Below are positions 1 to 12,085 of a DNA stretch of 64,000 nucleotides, one piece after another. Each line of letters opens with the position of its first letter. Positions within the stretch are counted from its first letter, which is position 1. This DNA comes from Pocillopora damicornis (taxonomy: Eukaryota). A model generated the notes under the pieces. The model had not been told where the DNA came from. It ran no database searches and worked only from the letters and a program-made list of their open reading frames with translations. The translations under genes and the position numbers were made by a program. Location: the NCBI RefSeq assembly GCF_003704095.1, contig NW_020844218.1:186001-250000 (forward strand), given 5' to 3'.

Positions 1-429
1 CTTTAAAAAGTTGCATAATTATGTATTTACCGGTTAAAAATTTGTCATTGTGTAGAACTCAACAATTGCATGATTAATGCTTTTGTATAACATACTCGCC
101 ATAACAACCAGGGGGTGGGCTCAAAGGAGACAAATGCATGTAAGCCAGCTTATATGCAGAAAAAAGACAAGGTTCAAAAACCTGATACCACTCAGTAGGC
201 ATTTGTATTGTTCCAGAGGGCCATGAAATCTTGGTGGTAAGTAGTAAGTGAATTGACAGAGGTATGTTTTAGTGTGTCTGTTGTCTTTATTCAATAAGAA
301 CTACAGAAACAGCCTCTTTCAGTCAGTCACTGAACACTAGCTGACCCAGATGATGTCAAACCTGCCTGATGGCAGGTTATGGGGCACCATGAAGGTCCCA
401 TGATTTAGTAAACCTCTCTCTTTAGGGCA

Positions 430-760
430 CTATCTCATATGAAAAGGATTTCTAATGGCTCAGCTTCCGGTAGCTTAATTATACCTTTTTGGTTGTGGAT
501 GGAGTATACCTTGGAACTCGCACTTGCAATACCTCATATCTTGAATGTCTCCTTGGCTACAAAGTAGTTATCAAAGATTTAGAGGACTGCTACTTTGGAC
601 AAGCTTAGACCAATATCAGCCATTGACATCAAGACAAGAATTTTTTAGTGATTGATTTTGGATTCTGAATTGAGGAAATCAGTTTCATGCTTTATTCTTT
701 CAAATCAATTTACCTTCGAGAAAGATTGTGGAACTGAGACTGCTCTTATATAAGGTAATC
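430..760 (+). mobile_element. Degenerate non-LTR retrotransposon (LINE) reverse transcriptase fragment
   Basis: Broken translation ...IPFWLWMEYTLELALAIPHILNVSL...DKLRPISAID...RIF..LI...NQF...GTETAL follows the order of LINE RT N-terminal motifs; contains stops. Confidence 0.55.
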
Positions 761-2165
761 AGAATTTTTGGATGTGATGGCATGATGGCTCAGTGAACTT
801 TGTTTGAGTTCTTCTTTTTACTTTTGAAAAGCCCTTTCAGTTTCTTACAGAACACCACCTGTTGATACTGTTCTGAGGCCTGTACGTTTTACAATCATGG
901 TTCAAAATCCTTTATTTGAGTGACTGAATTGTGTGATTTCAAAATGGATGCAACAAAGAGGTAATTGAACTTCTTGTCATGTTGCAGTTTTGGTCTGAAG
1001 TCGTACCTGTGATTTCAAATCAAATTTGTACTGAGTGCTTATTTGATTTTGAGATGATGTGTTTGATTTCAGTCTAAATTGCACTCCCTCACTTCCATTA
1101 TCATAATTATTTTCATCATGATTATTATTTGGTATTTACCCAATTGCACTGAGACAAGATTGAGTGAAGTTCACATAGTCATTGGCCTTTGTTAGATGTG
1201 TATAATCATCAGCATACATCCTTTGATAACAATTATTTGAGCGGCATTGACTTGACGCATTCTTGATATTTATATATATTTGGTGTAGAATTGAATTTTA
1301 GACAGAAGCAAAGTAGTGCTCTGATTGCCCTCTCAAAGTCCAGATGTCCTTTGTTATGGCCTCTGAGCAACTCACAAAGGATTTTTGCCAGAAAATATTG
1401 TAATCATAGCTGGTATAAATGAGTGAAAATCATCTCTTTGCAATTTATTATCTCATTGTTATAGTGTGCTAAAACAACTATTCACATACCCCAGTGGTAG
1501 CAGCTTAGATCCACCACTGGCCACCTAAACTGAGGTGAATAGTTGTTAATTAGTACAATTATTGCTGTGGTGATTATAGTAATGCACATGCTCTTATTGG
1601 TCAAGAATTGCATCATATCTTGCTATAATCACCACAGGTGAGGTAAGTATAAAAGGGGCACTAAATTTCAAACTCCAGGCTGTCTCGTGTTTTGTCGATG
1701 TTACACAGGAGGTGATCAACAAAATGGAAGGAAGTACAATTTTGAAGAGCACAAAAGATGCTACTAAGTTTGGGGTAACACTTTTCAAAAGAAAGCTATG
1801 AAGTTTTTGCTGATTAATTTGAATAAACATGTTATATTGTAGTGTAAACTGGCTGCTCATCTTGATACAAGTTATCAAGACAATTGTAACTGTATAATGG
1901 TTTCGAAATCAAAATGAATCTACAACAGAATTTGAAAACACCTGAGCAATTATACTAAAACAATTATTCGCCTCAGACTCAGTGAATATTGTTGAATAAT
2001 ACCCTCAAATTCGTCTTGGGGATTATTAGACAATATTCACTTTGTTTGAGGCAAATATTTGTCAAATAATAAGTGGTGAGAACAATAAAGGGCCTAAAAT
2101 TGTCAGTAGAGAAACTCTTATTCATGAAGGGGAACTGGCCATGCAAGCCGTCACTAAGTGGACCT

Positions 2166-2374
2166 TTAACCCTTTTACTCCCATGAGTGACCAAGACAAA
2201 ATTTTTTCTTATATTATCCATACAATAAGAGAAAAGTGATGAGAATAGAGAAAAATATCAATTAGAGAGTTATTAGTGGGTCGCCATACCAAGTTATCTG
2301 AAATAACATCAGAAGAATTGTGTGACAGACAGTAAGAAGAATTACGAATGAGACCTTGGAAGTGAAAGGGTTAG
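2166..2374. mobile_element. ~210-bp piggyBac-like MITE
   Basis: TTAA-CCCTT...AAGGG-TTAG termini; near-identical internal sequence at 31503-31720, partial copy near 48160-48240. Confidence 0.7.
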
Positions 2375-3228
2375 CGAAACATCTGTTTTTCGATTGTCTA
2401 CACATGACTTCAGCCAGGAGTGCTAAGGTTGGTACAGAGTACAAACGGTTAGAGCCGCCTATATTCTTGGATAAAACCACGATAGGATGCTACTTCATTC
2501 TCTCTTGATAAATCTTACGGTGCAAGTAAAAGTGGGTTAAACTCAAGACTAGAGGCTTAAGTCTTAGGCTTTTCCTTCCAACTTTTTGTTGCGGTTTCAT
2601 TTGTGCCTCTATCTTTTCATCTGCTGGCAGCCTAAAGTACAATTGGTAGCCTGGGTTTGAACTTCACAACTGAACTGAAAAGGCACCGTTTATGTTGTCC
2701 TCATGATTTACATGTATTTTATTGTTACAGTAGCATCTGCAGCGACGTGATGAAAAATGAAAAAAAAGCATTTTTGAATGTAAAACAATTGAGATTATTT
2801 TATGCCGGTGGAATGTACATAAAAGACGTTCTATTCCCTTCCCTTATTTCTGAGATAATTTTGGCCTTGCATGGCGCTAGGAATTTCATCAAAACAAAAA
2901 ATAATTGACTTTTTTGCTAGAAATCATATCTATTGGCTTCGGTTAGTTATCACAATAAATGGGCCAAAATGAGCGACATAAATCTTTCAACAGGACTTTA
3001 TTTACAAGTTGGCTTCTCACACTAGCACGTACTCTGGTATTGAAAAACGTTTGTTTTCCTTTGTGTGTTCTTTTTTACATCCTCCGCTTTTTAATTTTAC
3101 TCTTATGAGATTTTACTTGAGACGCAAAAAGCTTATATTTCTGGTACTTTGATCAGAAAATTCATTGGTTAAGATAGGTGTTCACCCTTGTTAGTTCTCT
3201 ATTTTGGCTCTTTCTTTTGAAATGCTGA

Positions 3229-6200
3229 TTAAGAAATTATGCAGCACTTAGCATAATCATCATCGCGATAAACGGACGAAACTTCAAAATCAAAATCGTC
3301 AACCTCGCAAATAAACCTCTCGAGTCTAGGGTTTCTTATCTCAGTGTAAACGGCATGTCCGTAGCGCTCCTCGTCGTAGTGCAAGCCAAACAAGTCACGC
3401 TCTACGTTAGACAAAAGACTGCGCAAGTTATTGACCTCAACATGCCTCGGTCCGAGCACTTGCAACAGGATTTCTAGTGCTCGTTGATAGAGATTCTTGG
3501 CCTTCTGCAAGTCACCCAAATCACATTGCAGATGGCCTTGGTTGCTGTAAATACGGGCAACATCGACATGCTTGGGTCCAAGATTTTTCCGCCGATTGGC
3601 CAGAGCAAGTTCGTAAAATTCCTTGGCCCTTTCCAAATTCCCCCATGTTCGTTGTACGTTACCCAGTCCAACGTAGGAAAACGACACATAGAGATGTTCA
3701 CTTCCAAGGTTCTTCTGCTGAATGTCTAAAGAGCGTTTGTAAAGCTTTTCAGCCTCTTGTAGATTTTTCAACTCATATTCTACATTACCCAAATGATGGT
3801 ATGAATTTGCCATCTCGATATGCTCAGGTCCAAAATTTTTCAGGCGAATGTTTGAAGCGTGAACATGATACTTCTTGGCCTGTGGCAGGTCACCTAAGGC
3901 ACGATGGACCATAGCCAATTTATGGTAAGTGCGTGCAACGTCAACATGCTCAGGTCCACTCCTCTTCAATTCAATGTCCAGAGCACGTTTAAAATGAACT
4001 TTCGCCTGCTGCAGGTCACCTAAAACTCGCAGCACATTACCCAATTCATTATGAGTATAAGCGACATTGACGTGATCAGGACCAAGCTTGTTCAGTCTTA
4101 TGTCTAAAGCTAGATCATAATGTTCCTTGGCCTTTTGTAAGTCACCCAAGGTTCGCTGTACCATACCCAAGAGATGATAAGTACATGCGACATGAACATG
4201 CTCGGGCCCAAGCTTTTTCAGCTTTATGTCCAATGCAGTTTCATAATACTTCTTGGCTTTTCGCACGTCACCCATTTGACGCTCTACATCACCCAGGCTG
4301 CAGTACGAAAAGGCTACATTGACATGATCAGGTCCAAGCTTCTCCAGTTGAATGTTTAAAGCACGCTTGTAATGCATCTTGGCCTCCCGCAGATTCCTTA
4401 AGTCATATTGTACATTACCCAAATGATAGTACGTGTTTGCCACATAAACATGGTCGGGTCCACGCTTTTTTCGCTCAATGTCAAGAGCAAGTTCGTGATG
4501 CTTCTTAGCCTTTTGTAGGTCACCCATGTATCGGTGTATGATACCCAAGTTGTTGTGAGAAATCGCGACTTCAACATGCTCGGGTCCAAGCTTTTCTAGC
4601 CTAATGCCTAAAGAACGTTCGTAATGCTCCTTTGCCTTTACTAGGCTCCCCAATTCACGCTGTACATCTCCTAAGCTGCAGTAAGAAAACGCCGTATAAA
4701 CATGATCAGGTCCAACATTCCTCAGTTGGATTTCTAAAGCACGATCATAATGTTCCTTAGCTTCTTTCAGGTTACTCAACTCAAAGTGTGCATTACCCAA
4801 ATGATGATAGGTATTCGCCATACCTACATTCTCGGGTCCAAGCTTCCTGAGGCAAATTTCTAAGGCTTGTTCATGATACGTTTTGGCCTGTAGCAGGTCA
4901 CCCAAGGCACGATGCACTATACCTAAGAGATGGTAATTACATGCCACATGAACATGTTCGGGTCCGAGTTCCTTCAATGTGTTATCTAGAGCACGTGTAA
5001 AATGCTCCCTGGCCTGCTTTAGGTCACCCATTTGCCATAGTACAATACCTAACTGGCTACAGATATCAGCAACATCTACATCTGTACAGGTCTCGTCTCT
5101 TTCAATCAGTTTCAAAGCTGTGTCATAGAATGCTTTAGCTTCAGGTAAATCAGAGTGGTTTCGGCAAATTGTTCCCAGCTTGCTTAAAGAGTTTAGTGCA
5201 ACGGAATCATGAAAAACATCTCCAATCTCTAGCGCAAGTGCATTCAAGTGTGGAATGAGATGCTTGCTGTCAGCAACACAGTCCTCTTTGTACCAAGTAT
5301 GTGTTAGGTTAGTTTCTATGAATTGATTGAATGATGTTAGAGCAACAACTTTAACATGTCGATTGGGTTGGCAAAACTCCTTAATTAATGATTTCATGAC
5401 GTCATGTACTACTTGATGCACACTAATGAAAACTCCATTCCGTCTTTCTTCGCGCATCAGCAGTGAATAACCTTGGATCTGAAGGGCAACTTCTTCTTTA
5501 TCCAGGTGCTTCTCCTCAATCAAAACGTAATTGGTAACAATGTCGAGATGCAAGGGCTGAGGAGCAACGAGAGAGAGGAAAGTAAATGCGCTTTTTACCA
5601 CACTGTTCCTGTTCATCGCTCTTTCAATGGCCAGCTTTGTTGCTGCCGTCATAGATTTACTGTAGCTTGAGTTCGTCTGCGCTAGTTCCTTTTCAGTAAT
5701 AGCTCGCATTCCTCTTTTCAGCTTCTCTAGATACTCGTTCCAGCCAAATTCTCTGTCAACACTTTCACGGATCTTTTTGACGTAGACAGCAGCGCTTGCC
5801 AAAGCTAGGGGTTGGTAATCTAACTCCTTCGCAACTTTATCTTCTTGTCCTTGTTCTGTAATGCCAGAGATATTTGCTAAAAAGCAACGCGCATCAGTAG
5901 GCACCATACCTTCGCTCACGGAAATGTGAGAAACAAAGGAGTTGTTTGAGGGGATGAATGAAGTGTTCTGTGTTGTGATAAGCAACTGGCCTTTGGTCCA
6001 TTGTTCGTTTCCAGGCTGAGGAAGGAAATCATGTATATCTGACACATTGGAAACATTGTCGACCAACAGGAGCCACGATCCATAGAGCTCAATTTTTGGT
6101 GCTATCAAATCTTTGAGGTTTTTTACTTTTTCTTCAACCTGCATCTCTGTTGATTCAACGATGTGCATCACTGCGTATTCGAGACACTTGATTTGTCGCG

Positions 6201-7098
6201 CCAGTAAAATGTATGATTCCAAAAGCGTTGTTAAACTTTCAGCTTTTAGAGTCATCACGAAAGAAGGGTAACTAAGGTCTTTGGAAGCCGTTTTGTAGAA
6301 CTTCTCAGCAACTAGACGGGCCAGTTGAGATTTGCCACTTCCAGGGTTACCAGAAATGTGACAGAAGCTCAAACCATTTTTATTTCTCTTTCTTAGATGT
6401 TCAAGTTGTTCCATGATTTTAGCGACCTCGAAGTCGCGAGTTGCGATCTCGTGGAATGGTTTTGGGGGGAGAATGCAAAATGAGGAAACGTCATTACGTA
6501 ATTGCTCTTCAAGGAACAGCCGGTGGTCTTCTGAGGTTTGTAGCTTGACATTAGTTTCGCAGAGTTCTTGATAAAGGCTATCAACGCTTCTCTGAACTTT
6601 CAGAAGCTCTTCCGTTGGGAAACTTATCTGTTTACGAATCTCTTGAATCTTGACAGTGGAAAGGCCAAGAGCCTGAAACGCAGTCTCAACTCTACGGACG
6701 GCAAGTATGAAAGGTGTCTCTGGCAGTCGGCCCCGTGGCATGTGAGCAAATTCTTCGTTGCGAAACTGTCTGAGGTCATCGATAGGCGAGCAATCCATTG
6801 GGCTAAGTCCGCGAGAGATAGAGTTGGAGTAAAGGAGTACAGAAAACAGCGTTGTGCAATCCCACTCTGCACTATTTCCGCGTTTTATTGTCGCTAGTAG
6901 ACGAGCATTAGGTTTTCGGCTCCCACTACACTCCATGTTGTAGAAGTCCAGTCCATTTTTTGGTGTATCATTCCATTCTCCCGACGGATAACGACGGTCC
7001 CATTCTTTTTTGAAAATTGATCTAAGTGCCTGTGTCAGTATAGTAGTGACTATGTAACAAATTCTAAAGTAGTTTAGCTGTTCTTCGGTATAGATCAT
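3229..7098 (-). CDS. NLR-like STAND protein: DZIP3/hRUL138-like HEPN + NB-ARC-like NTPase + TPR array, intronless, 1289 aa
   Basis: HEPN motif RNEEFAH; Walker A GNPGSGKS; Walker B LLLVDNV; sensor LLITTQ; YQPLAL; VHQVVH (MHD-like); about 14 kinesin-light-chain-type 42-aa TPRs (LGPxHxxVA..Y..LG); ends CCIIS*. Confidence 0.9.
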   Translation of the reverse strand: MIYTEEQLNYFRICYIVTTILTQALRSIFKKEWDRRYPSGEWNDTPKNGLDFYNMECSGSRKPNARLLATIKRGNSAEWDCTTLFSVLLYSNSISRGLSPMDCSPIDDLRQFRNEEFAHMPRGRLPETPFILAVRRVETAFQALGLSTVKIQEIRKQISFPTEELLKVQRSVDSLYQELCETNVKLQTSEDHRLFLEEQLRNDVSSFCILPPKPFHEIATRDFEVAKIMEQLEHLRKRNKNGLSFCHISGNPGSGKSQLARLVAEKFYKTASKDLSYPSFVMTLKAESLTTLLESYILLARQIKCLEYAVMHIVESTEMQVEEKVKNLKDLIAPKIELYGSWLLLVDNVSNVSDIHDFLPQPGNEQWTKGQLLITTQNTSFIPSNNSFVSHISVSEGMVPTDARCFLANISGITEQGQEDKVAKELDYQPLALASAAVYVKKIRESVDREFGWNEYLEKLKRGMRAITEKELAQTNSSYSKSMTAATKLAIERAMNRNSVVKSAFTFLSLVAPQPLHLDIVTNYVLIEEKHLDKEEVALQIQGYSLLMREERRNGVFISVHQVVHDVMKSLIKEFCQPNRHVKVVALTSFNQFIETNLTHTWYKEDCVADSKHLIPHLNALALEIGDVFHDSVALNSLSKLGTICRNHSDLPEAKAFYDTALKLIERDETCTDVDVADICSQLGIVLWQMGDLKQAREHFTRALDNTLKELGPEHVHVACNYHLLGIVHRALGDLLQAKTYHEQALEICLRKLGPENVGMANTYHHLGNAHFELSNLKEAKEHYDRALEIQLRNVGPDHVYTAFSYCSLGDVQRELGSLVKAKEHYERSLGIRLEKLGPEHVEVAISHNNLGIIHRYMGDLQKAKKHHELALDIERKKRGPDHVYVANTYYHLGNVQYDLRNLREAKMHYKRALNIQLEKLGPDHVNVAFSYCSLGDVERQMGDVRKAKKYYETALDIKLKKLGPEHVHVACTYHLLGMVQRTLGDLQKAKEHYDLALDIRLNKLGPDHVNVAYTHNELGNVLRVLGDLQQAKVHFKRALDIELKRSGPEHVDVARTYHKLAMVHRALGDLPQAKKYHVHASNIRLKNFGPEHIEMANSYHHLGNVEYELKNLQEAEKLYKRSLDIQQKNLGSEHLYVSFSYVGLGNVQRTWGNLERAKEFYELALANRRKNLGPKHVDVARIYSNQGHLQCDLGDLQKAKNLYQRALEILLQVLGPRHVEVNNLRSLLSNVERDLFGLHYDEERYGHAVYTEIRNPRLERFICEVDDFDFEVSSVYRDDDYAKCCIIS

Positions 7099-8859
7099 GA
7101 CGGTTTCCTGAGGCTGTTTCCCTTGTCAGTCAGGATACTTTTATAAGTTTTCAAACCTGTTCGGAAACGATGTCAAAATTTGAATAAAATTCCAATTCCT
7201 ATTAACGTTGATATATAGAGAATAATACACGGGCGCGCGTAGATATGGAATTTGTTCTCTTTGAGTGAGCACAGCGAACAAGTCATGAGATGTCGAGTTG
7301 AGCACGAGAAGGGAAACTTCATTTCTACAAGCAACCATATATTATTTTGCTTATCATATAAACTCAAGAGCCCTTTACTGACAAGAAAAGTCAACTTTAT
7401 TAATTAGTGAAAATTAAAGGATCGATTATCCCCGAATAAAGATAGTAAAGTGGGTTGGCGCTTAGGCTCAAGATGAAAAAATTCGTTGAGTCATTTCAAA
7501 AACAACAATGGGCGTAATTTTCAATATAAGAAATTCTCAGTTATCGACTTTTTCCTTACCGATAGGAGAAATCTTTCAGATACACGGCGAAATCGGCCTG
7601 TGCCAAATCTTCCAGCAGTCGATTTTCGTTCTCAGCTGCGAGAATGCCATCACCAAAACCACTGATAAGTAACTTCCGGTTTTTCTTTTCTTCCCCTTCT
7701 AGAGAGGGTTTAAGGTCGCTGTTTGTAAGCGATACGAATTTTTCAGTGTTTTAGCCGCCATAATCCGAGAAAATTCCGACAAACGACCTTGGATTGAGAA
7801 TAGTAAAGATTTTGCCGTTCATTCATCAACTTGAGCGAAAGGCGCGAAAGGCGATTGAAGTGTCAGCAGCTGATTTGCGATATCAAACACACGTGAAAAA
7901 ATATCGTATTTTTTCACGTGTGGTGTTACGTATTTTTTCTTAGGGCTGGAAATCCTTTTATAACACCGTATTTATGTGATAATAGAAAGTTTCCTCTAGT
8001 CTTAGCAATATCAGGTGTGTGAAAGGGATATCATAGTAAAAGTTGCTTACACATGAACCTTGCTGAGTCAATCGCAACTCTTGAGTTTCTGCTTAAAATC
8101 GTGATTTTGATTACTTAGCATAAAACTCTACAAGAAGGTAGCCCCTAAGCAAGTTTTCATTGGGTACCCTGTGATGTTCTAGCACGGTCTTGGGAACAGA
8201 GGGTTAAGAAAGACCCCATCAAAGTGCACATTTTCAAAAAGCTTAATAATTTTCTTTTACAAACTCGTATGGTGAAACATGATAAACGATAGCAAAAACG
8301 AGTACTTTAACTGAACATCGTGTTCAAGATTGTGATTGACCTGCGAGAGTGAAATTCAATTATTTGACTGGTATGCTTTCGCTCGTTCATGAACCGACTT
8401 GGGACAAACTCTCTGTTTGTAATGAAAGGGAAGAATTCTGAAAGGTGCCAATTCCTTATCTAATTATTTCGGACCGTTTTTGATTTTCTATATCACTTCT
8501 GCTGTGCGCAATCCGAACATTCTTCTCACAAGTCTGCTATTACCGTGCTACGCTTAATTATACACTACCCAACTGTCATTAAACCCTTAGCTTACTTACT
8601 AAATTAAAAAAAAAGTGTCACGCAATACGCTCACAAGATTGTCACGACAGTAACTTCCTGCGCAGAGGGAGGGGCTGAGGGACCCTTAGCTCCCCCACCT
8701 CCCCTAATTTTTTTTAAAAGGCTTGCCCTGCTTAGCTTAGCTTATGCGTTCATCTTTACCCCGGCTCCCCTCCCCTCCCCCACACACTCAAGAATGTGCT
8801 GCACGTCCCCTATCTTAGCATCCAAAAATTTCAAATGACGCGTACCTAAACACATCAAT

Positions 8860-11800
8860 GCCTTCCGTTTGTAACAAAAGAATTAAAGAATTACCAATCT
8901 CTTAGACACTTGAATCAAAGCCCTGCAAAATCCATGCAAAAGTTCCGGTAAAATAACATGCTTAATGTGCACATTTTTGTGGCACACTTTCGCTTTCCTT
9001 CTTTAACAAGTCAGCTTACTGCGATTATACCTTTTGAATGATTGTGAACACCAAGAATCTCTCTTCTGTTTCTCTACTCGGCACTAAATAATTTGATATG
9101 CCACACACTGCAGCCGTCAAATTCTGGTTGCAACTTATTAGGAATGAACACAGTCACTGATCGAGGCCGAAGGGTGCACACATCAAATCGAATGAAATAG
9201 AAAGCGTGCAAAACTCAGATCACGAGTAATTTATAACAGATTTGAAGCGAATCAAGCCTCAAATCAGCGTAAGAAAAATTTCCAAAAAGAAGAACTTTAT
9301 ATGCTTATAAGTCTGAAATCCAAGCGTCTCGGCAATTTCTTAAAATAAATTAGATCTCGTGATGTCCTCCTTGATTGAAAGCTGGCTTCTTGACAATAAT
9401 TTCTGAAAAGCAGATCAAGTGTCGTGATGTGCTCCGATCAAAATGACACAAAAACCATGAAACTCAGTCGCGCTTATAATCACTACCATTAATCTTTTTA
9501 CCTCGTAATTAGCGTATTTCCCCACTAGTTCAGTTTTGTTTCAATTTCTATTAATCCTTGAAAAATATCCTTTCTGTCCTCACGCGTGTGTTATCCTTTT
9601 CTATTTATCTCACTACTGGGTCACAACCTCTTTGCCGATGTCCGCCGATGGAAAAACACTTGATGATTTTTTTTAAATACTTCTCACCGATTATTTTCAT
9701 CAATCTGTTTCATCTTCTTTCGAAAAGCTCCTGCAATAATCAATAATTTGTACTTACCTGAGACAAATTTAATTCAAAGTCTTCAACCTTGAGTAAAAAA
9801 ACAATGAAAATAAAAAAGGAACTAATTTCTTTTTAGCGTGACTGTACCATGTATTAAAGTCGACATGATGCTTTTCTACACACATTACAATTTTATATGC
9901 ATATATTTACAAGAAAGCGAACCAGCTGCAGACTAGCTCAGACATCAGTCGGAATAATTCTTCATTTTCATGATTTATCTAGGCCCTTTCTTCAGTGATA
10001 TCTTAATTCAACAAGCAAAATAGGTTTCAAAGTAATGCAAATGATTACGTCGGTGACAAAATATGCTTGGTAAGCACATTTTTGTCGAATACGTTCGCGT
10101 TCCTTCTTTAATAACTCTGCTCGAAGTGATTATAAGCTTTAAATGATTGTGAAAACGAAGGATCCTGTCTAAACTCTAGTGACCAATTAATTTGTTAAAT
10201 TGACACACACAGCCCAACTTATGGCCGCAATTTTGTATACCAAGTCTCTCTAGGCAGTCGCTCATCGAGGACCAAAGGAAGACTCGAAGTTGGAAAAAAG
10301 AGACAATGTCACGAGTTATATATGAAAAGGATTTAACACTAATCAAATTAGACCTCAAATGACCGAAAGATGAATCCTGAAACAAAGATCTTTACACACT
10401 TGTACAATGTCACTTCGTCCTAATTAGGAAATTGTCCAGGAGATTGTAATTTTAATTTACATTCAGATAACAGGGGACACACTTTGAAGCCAGCTACGAT
10501 TCACTCTCGACCAAGTTTCGACAAAGCTCTCGATAAAATTGCCAGTAGTGTTTTAGAAGATCACACCTCGATGCGCGTTCGGTTTCCACATGCAGATGAT
10601 TCAGGGCAATGTATACCGGATTTTTTTCGTTCCAGTTAAAAATATTCACAAGATCATATTTACACGAAAGAGAAATTCAGCTTGATTATTTTAAACAAAG
10701 GAACGTGTGGGAAGATGCTTTGCTTCCTGTCTATGTATTTAGGATAAACATGTACTCACCATTTTATATGTTGCAGGATGACACCAAACGCTTTTGGAGA
10801 GGAAAAGAGCAATATTGGTAAGTTAATTATCCCCGGGATAATTAATAAATAGAATGATGGGATATTTTTGATAAGTTACATCATTAGGCTAATGATGTAA
10901 CTTATCAAAAATATCCCATCATTCTATTTTAAGAGGGTGTAACTACAAGTCTGTGCAAAGGAAATTTTAAAACTCCCTTAACTTCGGTTCCTTGACCCCA
11001 GTGGACATCAAGGTTGTGACGTTTCGGCTGTGATCCAAGTTCTCTATATATGGTTCGCACCACTGACTGATTTCTTGTTAGTGTGACTGCACGATTGAAA
11101 TCGAAATGACGCTTTCCTTCGCATATCAAAATTTAACAATTACAAAAAAAAAAATGCTGCAGATTATCTCAGACACATGATAATCAAACTAATTCTTGAC
11201 CTTTACGATTTACAGGGGGTTTCCCCTCAGTGATGCCATAAACAAGCAAAACAGGTTTGAGAGTAATGCAAATTCAACACGTCGGTAACATAACATAACA
11301 CGCTTGATAAGCACATTTTGTCGAACACCTTCGCGTTTCTTCTTCAATGAGTCTAATTACTGTGATAATATGCTTGAAATGATTGTCGAAAGGAAGCACT
11401 CCTCTTTGAATTCTCCAGTAACGAAATAACTGTTTAAATGCGTCACACACAGCTCAAATTTTGGCCGCGATAAAATATTCCAAGTCTATCTATTGGTCGC
11501 AGATCGGGTTTCAAAGGAAGACATGAAATTGAAAAAAAATAACACAGTGTTACGAGTTATAAATGACAGAGATTTGAAACGAATCAAACCTCAGATGAAC
11601 GACATACGAATCCTGAAACTTAGATCTCCATATGCTTGTAAAGTGTCACCTCCCTTCCTTTAAGGAAGTCATACTGAAGGAATTGTAATTTTTGAGTTAC
11701 ATTCAGATTTCAGTGAGCTGTAGGACACACTTTTGAAGCCAGCCACGGTTCAATCTCAAGCACGTTTCGACCTCTCGATGAAAACGCCTGTAGTGTTTAA

Positions 11801-12085
11801 AGTGATCCCGTCTTGATGAGCGTTTTGTTTGGGCATGTGCAGATTGAGCGCAGTGCACATTGAAATTGTTTTGGAAAGTGGAATTCAGCGTGATTATTTA
11901 AAACGAAGGAATATAGGAAAAATTCTCCTCTTCTTCTATATGTAAAGATAGTAAATACGCACTCATCATTATGAACTTTATAGGATGGCACCAAACACCT
12001 CTGGAAAGCAGTTTTGCACTGAAAGAGCAAATCGGTTAGTCATCCCTGCTAGTGTAGCTGTTAAAAATATCCCATCTTTCTTGTG
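8860..12085. repeat. Degenerate tandem triplication (units ~8860-9500, ~9880-10930, ~11130-12085)
   Basis: Shared blocks recur in order, e.g. gcacattttt.t.g..acac.ttcgc.tt.cttctt.aa near 8970, 10075 and 11310, and ttgaagccagc.acg.ttca near 10483 and 11733. Confidence 0.8.
10847..10929. repeat. Perfect 41-bp inverted repeat with 1-nt spacer, next to an 11-bp palindrome (10823-10845)
   Basis: aaatagaatgatgggatatttttgataagttacatcattag-g-ctaatgatgtaacttatcaaaaatatcccatcattctattt read directly. Confidence 0.97.

Noticed and set aside
870-2060. Imperfect hairpin-type repeats (about 900-1100, 1465-1545, 1960-2060)
   Set aside because: Look like ordinary degenerate palindromic MITEs; no evidence for RNA genes.
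3474-6897. Several short overlapping or antisense ORFs within the NLR-like gene (likewise within HSP70 and the orphan pair)
   Set aside because: Shadow frames of real CDSs with no independent features.
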